Part shown: positions 21,444 to 30,107 of the stretch, piece by piece
Layout of the letters: every line of letters begins with the position of its first letter
Numbering within the stretch: the first letter of the stretch is position 1
Notes under the pieces: model-generated
What the model saw: the letters and a program-made list of their open reading frames with translations, nothing else
Database searches by the model: none
What the model was told of the DNA's origin: nothing
DNA from: an uncultured Candidatus Saccharibacteria bacterium
GTDB taxonomy: Bacteria; Patescibacteriota; Minisyncoccia; Phycocordibacterales; Zambryskibacteraceae
DNA: 58,696 nt
Reading direction: 5' to 3'
NCBI GenBank assembly: GCA_964364225.1
Contig: CAYIKP010000001.1
Coordinates: 3,789-62,484 of the forward strand
Made by a program: the position numbers and the translations under genes

Positions 21444-21514
21444 TGCCAGATCGTCTAAAGGTAGGACGTCGCTCTCTGAAAGCGAAAATTTTGGTTCGAT
21501 TCCAAGTCTGGCAG
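21444..21514 (+). tRNA. tRNA-Gln (CUG)
   Basis: Acceptor tgccaga/tctggca with U1-A72 and G73 as in bacterial tRNA-Gln; anticodon stem-loop tcgct-ctctgaa-agcga; T arm tttgg-ttcgatt-ccaag. Confidence 0.85.
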
Positions 21515-21902
21515 CACTTCGACTCGCTTCGCTCGCTCAGTGCGAGCAAAGGAGAAGTGTCCTGAGCGGTTCGACTGCGCTCACCGCAGGCGAGAGTCGA
21601 AGGACGTATTATTTACATATGTATTTTTTATATCTTATACAATGCGAAGATAATTCTATCTACACCGGGATAACCACGAATGTTGAACGAAGATTCAACG
21701 AGCATAAAAGTGGTATAGGTGGACACTTCACTAGATCACGAAGGGTAGTGAAAATATTGTATACAGAACAGCATCTAAATCGGAGTTCTGCATTGAAACG
21801 CGAAGCACAAATTAAGGGTTGGAGACGGCAGAAAAAATTAAATTTAATAAAGTTTGGAAAATTATCGGTTTCCAAAGAGCGAGATATCCAAGTCTGGTAG
21901 CA
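21515..21902 (+). mobile_element. GIY-YIG-carrying insertion at the 3' end of tRNA-Gln
   Basis: tccaagtctggcagca (21501-21516, tRNA 3' end) is repeated as tccaagtctggtagca (21887-21902), 15/16 identical; the interval holds a GC-rich structured spacer plus a GIY-YIG ORF. Confidence 0.5.
21619..21900 (+). CDS. GIY-YIG nuclease-domain protein (93 aa)
   Basis: MYFLYLIQCEDNSIYTGITTNVERRFNEHKSG core; the ORF-track start 21406 runs through tRNA-Gln and is rejected. Confidence 0.8.
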   Translation: MYFLYLIQCEDNSIYTGITTNVERRFNEHKSGIGGHFTRSRRVVKILYTEQHLNRSSALKREAQIKGWRRQKKLNLIKFGKLSVSKERDIQVW

Positions 21903-21978
21903 AATTTTGATACGAGTATAAAAAACCCTTATTTATAGCCATTTTTTGGCCACAATATAAGGAAAGTGATAAAACCAC

Positions 21979-22006
21979 TTGACAAAAATAATAGATCTGC
22001 TACAAT
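21979..22006 (+). promoter_or_regulatory. sigma-70-type promoter (TTGACA-16-TACAAT)
   Basis: TTGACA at 21979-21984, 16-nt spacer, TACAAT at 22001-22006. Confidence 0.6.
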
Positions 22007-22012
22007 AGGCAC

Positions 22013-22155
22013 AGAAGTTCATAAAATAAATTGGTGCAAAAAAAGCAGGACCCTGTGGGCGGTGTATATATAAAGACCGCCAAACAATATAGGCTAAAAT
22101 GCCTATATTGAAATGTTTCTCAGCCCCTCACTTAAAAAAGTGAGGGGCTTTTTTT
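22013..22155 (+). ncRNA. candidate small RNA (about 140 nt) between a consensus promoter and an intrinsic terminator
   Basis: Hairpins ggcggt/accgcc (22058-22081) and caatataggc/gcctatattg (22085-22110), and terminator agcccctcac/gtgaggggct plus T7 (22122-22155); no ORF with a credible start. Confidence 0.45.
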
Positions 22156-22193
22156 ATTTGATTTAAAACACCTGCTAATATAGCCTGTATACA

Positions 22194-24472
22194 ATGAAAG
22201 GTATCGAAAACACTCCAGAATTAAGTAGTGCAGAACAGGAGCAAATTGGAAAAATCCTTGAGAGATTGAAGACTACAGCAAATATAATTGGAGGAGATTT
22301 TGGAATGGAAGTGAAATTAGGGGAACCCGGGCAAGGAAGTTTTTTAATACAGAAGAAGTTTCTATAACATTTGATCCAAATCACATATTAAAAGATTCAG
22401 AACAGGCTGAGGTTATAGCAATTCATGAAGGATCACACAGAGCAATATCAAGAGGGCCAACTGAGATTGGTTTGAAAAGAGAAGAGATACCAAAAATTTT
22501 TGACAACATTGGTTTTAATCTTCTTTATCAAACATTAGAAGACAACGCTGTAAATACTTGGGCGGGTAATTGTTTTGAATATGGTAGGGATGTCCTTCAA
22601 AGAAGGTATGAAAATGATTTTCAAGTTTTAGATACTCGAGGAGGCTTTATTGGTTCTGACAATCCTCAAGTCAGGGCTTTGCTTCAAAGACTAGGGCGTA
22701 TACCAAAATTTTTACACTACGGAACCGAAGCCAGAAGATGGTGGCTTAAGGGCGAGCTGGCTCCTAAACTAGATCAGCAAGTAAGAGACTGTTTAGAAAA
22801 AACTATAAGAGATTTTGAAAGGGCTTATAAAGAAATTCCTGGAGCACATCCTAGTGAAAAAGAAGTTATAAAACTAGCAAAAAAAAGATTTGTTGATACA
22901 TATACCAAGGTTTGGCCTGAATACAAAAAACTTGTAGATGAAGATATTTCAGATGAAAAGCTAAGGCAAATGCTTAAGGAAGATTTGGAAAAACTTGTAG
23001 AAGAATTACAAAATGATCCACAAAGTGGTTCTGGTAAATCACCACTTGATGAATTACCACCCGAGCTAAGAAAAGAACTTGCAGAAAAGATACAGCGGGC
23101 CATGGAGGATTTTGAAAATGAACAACAATCTGAAGAGCAAGGCCAAGGAGAAGGTGATTCTGAAGAAAGTGAACCACAGTCTGGTGAAAATGGCGGTGGT
23201 CCTAAGCGGGGTGATGATGGTGACGAGGGTGAGTCCGCAGAGAAGCAAGAGGCGGAAGGAGAAGGGGGAGCTTCTCAACCCACTGAGGGCGAAGAAATGT
23301 CACAGCCGAGTGAAAAATCTCAAGAGGGTGCTAATGGTGGTGGGGAGGAAACAGATGAAAAAGAACAAATAATTCCAATAGATAAATTTTCAGAGAAATT
23401 AAAACAGGCCCTTAAAGAAATTTTTGACAAATTACCACAAGAAAAAAAAGATCAATTAGTTAAACAGGCGATGGAGGAATTAGCAAGAATAGAAGATGCT
23501 ATTAGTGAGGCAATGAAATCTCAACTTTCAGAAGACATAACTCCAACCCATGAAGAAATAGAAATTGATCGCGAAAAAAGTGATCAAGAAAAAGAAGAAG
23601 AGAAAAAAAGACAAGAGCAGGAAAAAGAAAGAGAGAAAAGTGCAACTGAACTAGAGAAAACAATTGAAGCTCAACTTACGGAGTACGACCGTTATTACAA
23701 AGAGGTAGCGCCGATAGTTAATGACTTGTTTAATAGAGCAGAAAGAATTTTCCAACCAAATAAACAACCAAGGTGGCAAAAGGGATATGCCTCTGGCGGA
23801 AGGTTAGATCTACAAGCCGCTAGAGAATTTGAAAGAGACAGAAGTAAATATACGGGACTTTGGGAACAAAAAACAATTCCCCAGAAAAGAGATTATCGAT
23901 TCGTTATTCTTGTTGATATGTCAGTGTCAATGCAAGATAGAGATATTAATGATGACGGGGCACCCTTTGGGCCAACTAAAATACAGGAAACATTTAAGGG
24001 GGTTATTGTATTAAGCGAAGTATTAAATAAACTACGTATTGATAATGAGGTTATAGGCTTTACAACGAATTTTCCTGATTCTCATCGAGTATATAAAAAA
24101 TTTGAGGAGGTCTTGGATGGCTCGATTAGAGACAAAATGACTAGGATGCTATGGGAAGGGGGCGATTTTACGCCCACAGACGAAGCCACAGCCATGGCAT
24201 CTAAGCTTCTAGAGAAGAAGGGCGTAAGAAACCAGTTTCTGGTAACATTAACTGACGGTCAGCCAGATTCAGCACAAGATACAAAAATGGTTATAGCCAA
24301 AATCAGAGAAACAACCAATCAAAAATTAATTGGTATTGGGCTGGGTGCAAATACCCGATTTGTAGGAGAGTTTTATCCAGCCAGCGTAGTTTTGCCGGAT
24401 ATTAGTCAATTTAGTCAAAAAATAGCAGATTTATTTGAAGAAATGATAAGAAATCCAGAAAAATATAAATAA
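22194..24472 (+). pseudogene. zincin (HExxH) - acidic linker - vWA protein interrupted by a -1 frame change at a T6 run (pseudogene, sequencing indel or -1 frameshifting)
   Basis: A 57-codon ORF from ATG 22194 (stop 22365-22367) continues in the -1 frame (open from 22262) into ORF 22472-24472; the junction is TTTTTTA at 22340-22346; the joined product reads ...GEPGQGSF(F/L)NTEEVSITFDPNHILKDSEQAEVIAIHEGSH. Confidence 0.6.
22472..24472 (+). CDS. vWA-domain protein (ORF-track portion of the frameshifted gene)
   Basis: Long E/D/G/S/Q-rich acidic linker; C-terminal vWA with MIDAS DxSxS (LVDMSVSM). Confidence 0.75.
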   Translation: MKREEIPKIFDNIGFNLLYQTLEDNAVNTWAGNCFEYGRDVLQRRYENDFQVLDTRGGFIGSDNPQVRALLQRLGRIPKFLHYGTEARRWWLKGELAPKLDQQVRDCLEKTIRDFERAYKEIPGAHPSEKEVIKLAKKRFVDTYTKVWPEYKKLVDEDISDEKLRQMLKEDLEKLVEELQNDPQSGSGKSPLDELPPELRKELAEKIQRAMEDFENEQQSEEQGQGEGDSEESEPQSGENGGGPKRGDDGDEGESAEKQEAEGEGGASQPTEGEEMSQPSEKSQEGANGGGEETDEKEQIIPIDKFSEKLKQALKEIFDKLPQEKKDQLVKQAMEELARIEDAISEAMKSQLSEDITPTHEEIEIDREKSDQEKEEEKKRQEQEKEREKSATELEKTIEAQLTEYDRYYKEVAPIVNDLFNRAERIFQPNKQPRWQKGYASGGRLDLQAAREFERDRSKYTGLWEQKTIPQKRDYRFVILVDMSVSMQDRDINDDGAPFGPTKIQETFKGVIVLSEVLNKLRIDNEVIGFTTNFPDSHRVYKKFEEVLDGSIRDKMTRMLWEGGDFTPTDEATAMASKLLEKKGVRNQFLVTLTDGQPDSAQDTKMVIAKIRETTNQKLIGIGLGANTRFVGEFYPASVVLPDISQFSQKIADLFEEMIRNPEKYK

Positions 24473-24570
24473 ACTTATGTTCTTCAGAAGAAGAACAAAT
24501 AAAAACCATAACTTTTTTTCAGGCCCTTGATAACGTTCTAAACGGTCAAAATTTTGATTTAGGATTAGTT

Positions 24571-24990
24571 GTGACGAATAGATTTAAGGCAGAAGATTTT
24601 CTTGGTTTAATACCACCAAAAGCTACAGCAGATATTTTTACTTTAACCACAAAAGAACACCCAGATGATGCTATTTTACAAATAGTAGAATCTTTTAAAT
24701 CTAATAAGTGGTTTATTCTAGAATTACAAGAGTCCTATATGCCAAGCCAGTTGTATGGCCAATTGCGGTCTTTGTCGGTGTCTAATAGATTGGATATACA
24801 AAATCTATTAGGGAGTGATGAGAAAGAAATGATTGTTGAACAACCAAAGGAATCGAGAGTCGTGGTTATTAATACTAATGAAATAGCCGAGAAGTTAGGT
24901 AATAAGTTTAAAGGCTTATTTGGTCCATTATTAAATATATTAAATTTTGAATGCCTCAATCTAGTGCAGAGAAACCAACTAACCCTGTAA
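24571..24990 (+). CDS. hypothetical protein between the vWA and AAA+ genes
   Basis: 139 aa; GTG start preceded by AGGA; the frame is open from 24469 but has no earlier canonical start; stop overlaps ATG 24990 (TAATG). Confidence 0.4.
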   Translation: MTNRFKAEDFLGLIPPKATADIFTLTTKEHPDDAILQIVESFKSNKWFILELQESYMPSQLYGQLRSLSVSNRLDIQNLLGSDEKEMIVEQPKESRVVVINTNEIAEKLGNKFKGLFGPLLNILNFECLNLVQRNQLTL

Positions 24991-26831
24991 TGAAACCAGA
25001 GGACGTTAAAACGTTTTTTGAGTCTGAAGAAAAAATGAGAGAGCTTGAGGTCAGGAGCAAGGGAGTAATTGCTTATGTAACCAAAAAAGAACAAATTGAT
25101 GGTGTGGAGGTTGAGACGGAATACGTTGTTATTGCTGGTATTGAGCTTCCGGTAAATAAAGAAGGAATGGGAACTCTTTTTAAAGGTGAAGAGTTTTTAG
25201 ATTTTTCTTTAGATAGTAAGAGTTTGGAATTGTTGGGGATATATGCACAAGCAATAAAATTAAATCAACCAGTTTTAGTTGAAGGTGAAACAGACATAGG
25301 AAAAACAAAAGCACTTGAATTTTTATCATTTCTTACAAACACAAGGCTTAAACGTATATCTTTTTCGGGGCAAACTGATGTAACAGAATTCATTGGAAAG
25401 TATGTTCCAAATATTGAAAGTGCTCAAAAACTTTTTGAAAAAACACTTCAAAATAAAAAAAAGTTGAGTGAAGGGTCTCTAGCCATTATTGCCAGAGCCG
25501 AACAGGAGAAGAGGGGCTTAACAAAAGAAGAATCTCAAGAAATAGCTGAAATAGAAGGCATACACCTAGAAGACGTAAATTGGGTATGGCAAGACGGAAT
25601 GATTCCCCAAGCCATGGAAGGAAACAATGGAAGGGGTTTTTGGCTCTATTTTGACGAATTAGGAGCAGCAGAACCTTCAGTTTTAGTAAAAACTAACCGT
25701 ATTTTTGAGCGCAAAGGCAGATTAGAATTATCAGAAAATGGCGGAAGATTAGTTGAAGCCGGCCCAGATTTTAGAATCATTGCTTCAACTAACCCACCAG
25801 AATATGCAGGCAGGGAGGCTTTTGCACCAGATTATGTGAGAAGGTTTGTTTACCAAAAAGTAGGTCCTCTAAACTCAAAAGAAATAAGAGACAGAACTGC
25901 TTTTATATTTAGACAACAGCGATCACTATTGGACCCAGACGGTTTTCATATAAGTGCAGAAAATCCAGTTAATTTACATGAAAACCCAGAAGTTTCAGAA
26001 ATAATTGAGACTGCTTTAGTTGAATTTCATACCGCTGCTCTTAAGCAATTGGAAGCCGGCCTTTCTAAGGATCAAAACCAACAATTTAGATATGAGTTTT
26101 CTGACCTAATAAGGGTAAGAGATTTTCTAAACAAACTACAAGAGGCGGATTTATTACGAACCTTGAGATCTGCTGTGGAATTTTATTATGTAAATAAATT
26201 GGGCAATGAAGGTGCCCGTGAAAAATTAAGACAGGTATTTGAAACGACACTAAGACTACATAAAACTGAAGAGAAATTAAAGACAGCTTTAAAGAGAATA
26301 AAAGACCCAACAGGAAAAGAGGATCTGCCAAAACCAGAGGGAATACCAACAAATGCAGAAGATGGTCCAGAAAAACTCTCTCCTGGGCACTACAATGTTT
26401 TTTTTAATGAAAGTCCAGATAGATTTGGTAATAAAGGTTTTATTTGCAAGGTGCCTAATAGAAAAATGATAGTTTTAGATAAGGGTTCCAATGTAAAGCC
26501 AGAAAAAGGAGTGGAATATCATGTTCGGGTAGTAAAAGAAACATACCCAGGTGAATTTAGAGGCGTTATGTTTGTGACTATTATTGATAAAAGTAAGTTT
26601 CAAAAATTGACAGAAGAAATGACGGCTAGTGGTTATGAGTTTGTAATAAATAAACCAAAGTTTGATTACTCCGTTCCTGGAACAGCACAAGAAATTCCTA
26701 GAATAGATATTGTAAGAGAGGTGGCAGATACTTTTGGTATTCCAGCAGACAAAATAGTAGTTAAAGGATTAGCTACAGATATTTACGGTAACCCCTTAGA
26801 GGATAGTTGTAGTATTTGGGCGCCGAAATAA
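24951..26831 (+). CDS. AAA+ ATPase (MoxR / AAA_5-like) with C-terminal extension
   Basis: Walker A GETDIGKTK, Walker B FWLYFDELG; about 230-aa C-terminal domain of unknown type; alternative coupled start ATG 24990. Confidence 0.8.
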   Translation: MPQSSAEKPTNPVMKPEDVKTFFESEEKMRELEVRSKGVIAYVTKKEQIDGVEVETEYVVIAGIELPVNKEGMGTLFKGEEFLDFSLDSKSLELLGIYAQAIKLNQPVLVEGETDIGKTKALEFLSFLTNTRLKRISFSGQTDVTEFIGKYVPNIESAQKLFEKTLQNKKKLSEGSLAIIARAEQEKRGLTKEESQEIAEIEGIHLEDVNWVWQDGMIPQAMEGNNGRGFWLYFDELGAAEPSVLVKTNRIFERKGRLELSENGGRLVEAGPDFRIIASTNPPEYAGREAFAPDYVRRFVYQKVGPLNSKEIRDRTAFIFRQQRSLLDPDGFHISAENPVNLHENPEVSEIIETALVEFHTAALKQLEAGLSKDQNQQFRYEFSDLIRVRDFLNKLQEADLLRTLRSAVEFYYVNKLGNEGAREKLRQVFETTLRLHKTEEKLKTALKRIKDPTGKEDLPKPEGIPTNAEDGPEKLSPGHYNVFFNESPDRFGNKGFICKVPNRKMIVLDKGSNVKPEKGVEYHVRVVKETYPGEFRGVMFVTIIDKSKFQKLTEEMTASGYEFVINKPKFDYSVPGTAQEIPRIDIVREVADTFGIPADKIVVKGLATDIYGNPLEDSCSIWAPK

Positions 26832-26873
26832 TTTAGCAACAAGACAGCATAATGAAATAAAGCTCAAGTTCGG

Positions 26874-27740
26874 GTGTATTATCGAGTGATGCTTCTAGCG
26901 GACGAACGGGACATCATAGAAAAAACTCAAAATGGGGATGCTGAGGCATTTGGTGTTTTAATGGAACATTTTGAACCCAAAATAAAGCGCTATGGTAGAA
27001 ATTTTCTTAAAGATAGAGAAGATATTCAAGATATAGTCCAAAATGTTTTTATGAAGGCCTATGTAAATATTCAGAGTTTTGATTTGGATCGGCCATTTTC
27101 ACCGTGGATATATCGTATAGCACACAATGAGTTTGCAAATGAATTAAGAAAGAAAAGTAAGGGTTTATTTATAAATATAGACTTCAATACAGACATCTTT
27201 TTTCCGCATCCGATAGCCCCAGAGACAGCAGATAAAGAAACCAGCGATGCTTTTTTAAGGAAAGCCATGGAAGAATCACTCTCTTTATTAGATGAAAAAT
27301 ATAGAAAACCAATAGTATATTCTCTTTTAATTGTTTTAGCTTTTGTTATGGCAGGAAGCTTGATAGAGGATAATTTAAAATTTCATGAAAGATTCTCTGA
27401 CTATGCCGGTAGAAGGGGTATGTCCATGTTCGGGCCTTTTTATAGTAATTTCCTAGATCAAGAACAAGGAGAAATTCATATGGGAGTTATTGCAACTAGT
27501 ACTAACGATGGTTTTATTCTAAAAACGCCAAATGAGGGCGACTTAGATGTTGTTGTAACTTCTGAAACTAAAATATCTAGAGATTTGAGTTTAATTGAAA
27601 ATATTGCAGTAGTGGTTTTTGGTGAACGCACAGAAAATGTTGTGCAGGCAGTGGGTATAAAGAAGGTTGGTGATGGAAACAATAAACCCCACAGAATGAT
27701 GTTTAAAAGATTTAATGATCGTCTTGAAATAAAGTATTAA
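26874..27740 (+). CDS. ECF-type sigma factor N-terminal domain fused to a TM helix and extracytoplasmic domain
   Basis: Sigma-70 region 2 (DIVQNVFMKAY...PWIYRIAHNEF); after LDEKYRKPIV the expected region 4 HTH is replaced by YSLLIVLAFVMAGSL (TM) plus about 140 aa; probable start ATG 26889. Confidence 0.6.
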   Translation: MYYRVMLLADERDIIEKTQNGDAEAFGVLMEHFEPKIKRYGRNFLKDREDIQDIVQNVFMKAYVNIQSFDLDRPFSPWIYRIAHNEFANELRKKSKGLFINIDFNTDIFFPHPIAPETADKETSDAFLRKAMEESLSLLDEKYRKPIVYSLLIVLAFVMAGSLIEDNLKFHERFSDYAGRRGMSMFGPFYSNFLDQEQGEIHMGVIATSTNDGFILKTPNEGDLDVVVTSETKISRDLSLIENIAVVVFGERTENVVQAVGIKKVGDGNNKPHRMMFKRFNDRLEIKY

Positions 27741-27801
27741 AACCGGTGTATTAAGTATTGCATCAAGTGAATGATGCTTTATAAGTAATTAAAAATTAAA
27801 A

Positions 27802-28239
27802 ATGAAGAAAAATATATCAACTAAAGCAATTTTGTCACTTGTTGGGCTAGGCTTATTAGGTAGTGCCAGTTTGGTTTCCGCTAAGGGCCCAGTTATGCAG
27901 AACCTAACTCCAGCTGAAATAGCTACAAGACAGTCAGAGATGTTCCAAAGACAGGCAACCCTACTTGGAATATCAGTTGATAAAATCAAAGCTGCTTGGG
28001 CAGAAGGAAAGACTATGCAGGAATTAGCTGCCGCGAATGGCATTACTGCAGAGCAACTAGGGCAAAAGATGAAAGACGAAAGAAATATTCAAATGAAAGC
28101 ACATTTAAAAGTCCTCGTTGATCAAAAAGTAATAACTCAGACCCAAGCTGATGCTCGTTTGGCAGTTATGCAAAAAATGATGTCAAATAATGGCAAAACA
28201 AAAGGGAATAACAAAACACATGGTTGGTTTGGGTTCTAA
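27802..28239 (+). CDS. secreted helical protein, function unknown
   Basis: 145 aa; signal peptide (LVGLGLLGSASLVSA|KG), Q/K/A-rich helical body. Confidence 0.4.
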   Translation: MKKNISTKAILSLVGLGLLGSASLVSAKGPVMQNLTPAEIATRQSEMFQRQATLLGISVDKIKAAWAEGKTMQELAAANGITAEQLGQKMKDERNIQMKAHLKVLVDQKVITQTQADARLAVMQKMMSNNGKTKGNNKTHGWFGF

Positions 28240-28268
28240 TTCGTAGTTCAGTCTTAATAATCTTTGAG

Positions 28269-28309
28269 AATGTAAAAGGGTCATTTATTATGACCCTTTT
28301 ACATTTTAG
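28269..28309 (+). terminator. rho-independent terminator
   Basis: Perfect 15-bp stem aatgtaaaagggtca/tgacccttttacatt with 7-nt loop, followed by tt. Confidence 0.7.
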
Positions 28310-28366
28310 AGATACTATTTTTATCTTAAATATTCTTATAATCTAGTTTGAGGTATAATCCTCCCC

Positions 28367-29503
28367 ATGAAGAAGGTTATTCTATCTTGTGTAGTTATTG
28401 CAGGACTCACCCTATTTTTTAGTGTCCAAAGTGGGCACGCCGCCTCTATTGGTTGGGGAGAAAATTATATAGTACCCAAAGGCGATGTTGTAAAAAGTAA
28501 TCTCTATGTTGCAGGGCAACAGCTGACATTAATGGGAAATATTTTTGGGGATGTATTGGGTGGGGGAGGGAATGTTTTTATTAATAACGATATACAGGGC
28601 GATGTAATGATAGTGGGTGGCACTATCAATTTAATTTCATCAGTTTCAAACGACGTAAGATTAGCCGGAGCTACGATTGTTGTTTCTGGAAAAATTGGTG
28701 GAGATTTAGCCGCAATTGGAAACAATATAAGGGTTGTAGAAAATACCTCTATTGGCGGTGACGCACTTTTGGCGGGCGGTACCATTGTGCTTTCTGCCCC
28801 AGTTTCTGGAAAGATTAATATTTCTGGCGCTGATGTGACGCTTAATGGAAAAATAGAGGGTGATGCTAATGTGGTGGCAGATAGGCTTACTATTGGGCCA
28901 AATGCCCTTATAAATGGAAAACTGGTATATAAATCTGTCAGAGAGGCAGTAATAGATGAAAATGCAAAAATTTTGGGTGGAACTCTCTTTCAAAAAGTCT
29001 CAAATGGCCCAGACTCTAATTTATCTGCATTAATATGGAGTTCTCTTTTTTGGGTAAAATTAATAACCCTTTTTGTTTCTTCTATGATTCTTTTTGCAGT
29101 TGGTAAAAAGAGTATGAGTGTAATTGCAGGACGCGCAAGAATAAATATTTGGCAAAATTTAATTGCTGGCTTTGTATTCCTCATTGGAGCACCAGTTTCA
29201 GCACTTCTTTTGATAATGACAGTAATAGGTTTACCGCTCGCTGGCGCAGCCATTGGCTTAGGAATTATTTTTATAATTATTTCTCTTGCCTTTATGCCAA
29301 TTCTTCTAGGGACCACAATTAAAGTTTTACTTAAAAAAGGGGATGCAGCGTCTTGGAAGGCCATTCTGTTGGGATCTTTGATAATTTCGCTTCTTGGCTT
29401 TATTCCATTTCTTGGGTACCTAGTATATGCAGGACTATTTTTAGCTTCACTTGGAGTAATGATCCGTATGTCTCTTATCAAACTACAATCTATAAGATCA
29501 TAA
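28367..29503 (+). CDS. beta-helix repeat (bactofilin-like) membrane protein
   Basis: Signal peptide; repeated G-x-[IV]-x-G-D units (GDVLGGGGNVFINNDIQGDVMIVGGTINL...); 5-6 C-terminal TM helices. Confidence 0.45.
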   Translation: MKKVILSCVVIAGLTLFFSVQSGHAASIGWGENYIVPKGDVVKSNLYVAGQQLTLMGNIFGDVLGGGGNVFINNDIQGDVMIVGGTINLISSVSNDVRLAGATIVVSGKIGGDLAAIGNNIRVVENTSIGGDALLAGGTIVLSAPVSGKINISGADVTLNGKIEGDANVVADRLTIGPNALINGKLVYKSVREAVIDENAKILGGTLFQKVSNGPDSNLSALIWSSLFWVKLITLFVSSMILFAVGKKSMSVIAGRARINIWQNLIAGFVFLIGAPVSALLLIMTVIGLPLAGAAIGLGIIFIIISLAFMPILLGTTIKVLLKKGDAASWKAILLGSLIISLLGFIPFLGYLVYAGLFLASLGVMIRMSLIKLQSIRS

Positions 29504-30084
29504 TGGAAACAGAAGAAAATAAAATAAGTAGAGCCTCAATGATATTAATAGTGACAATAGTTTTATTTATTATTGGTACATATTTTTCATTAAAGAAAAT
29601 TAATAGATCCATAGAAGGTCCTACAGACTCATTTATTTCTTGTGTTGCAAATGGTTTTCCAGTTTTAGAGTCATTTCCCAGAAAATGTACAGATGCAGAC
29701 GGGAACGCATACATAGAAGAGGTTACTCCGCCATTGAACGCAATTACAAATGAAAAGGTGCACGTTTATTACCCAGTGCCAGGAACAAGCGTCAATACTC
29801 CGATTTCGTTTTCAGGAGAAGCTAGAGGCACTTGGTTTTTTGAAGGTTCTTTTCCTGTAGAAGTAAGAAATATCACTGGTAAAACTATTGCTAGAAGCCA
29901 TGCGGAAGCAAAAGGTGAATGGATGACGGAAGAATTTGTTAGGTTTGAGGGAGATATTTTACTTTTACAACAAACACCAGCTGGGCCACTATTTTTGGTC
30001 TTAAAAAAAGATAATCCATCTGGCGACCCAACTAGGGACGAGGAGGTTGTTATTCCTATAAATTATTTAGGTCTCAAAAAGTAA
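29503..30084 (+). CDS. membrane-anchored Gmad2-like Ig-domain protein
   Basis: TAATG overlap with the previous gene; TM anchor (ILIVTIVLFIIGTYF), then GEARGTWFFEGSFPVEVRN. Confidence 0.5.
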   Translation: METEENKISRASMILIVTIVLFIIGTYFSLKKINRSIEGPTDSFISCVANGFPVLESFPRKCTDADGNAYIEEVTPPLNAITNEKVHVYYPVPGTSVNTPISFSGEARGTWFFEGSFPVEVRNITGKTIARSHAEAKGEWMTEEFVRFEGDILLLQQTPAGPLFLVLKKDNPSGDPTRDEEVVIPINYLGLKK

Positions 30085-30107
30085 AAATCAATATCTCAAA
30101 GGCCAAA

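Noticed and set aside
21406-21618. N-terminal 71 codons of ORF 21406-21900
   Set aside because: This part reads through tRNA-Gln and the structured spacer. The GIY-YIG domain starts at ATG 21619.
23079-23372. Alternative-frame and antisense ORFs within the acidic linker of the vWA gene
   Set aside because: These are low-complexity GAA/GAG-rich DNA read in other frames. They are embedded in a long, well-supported ORF.
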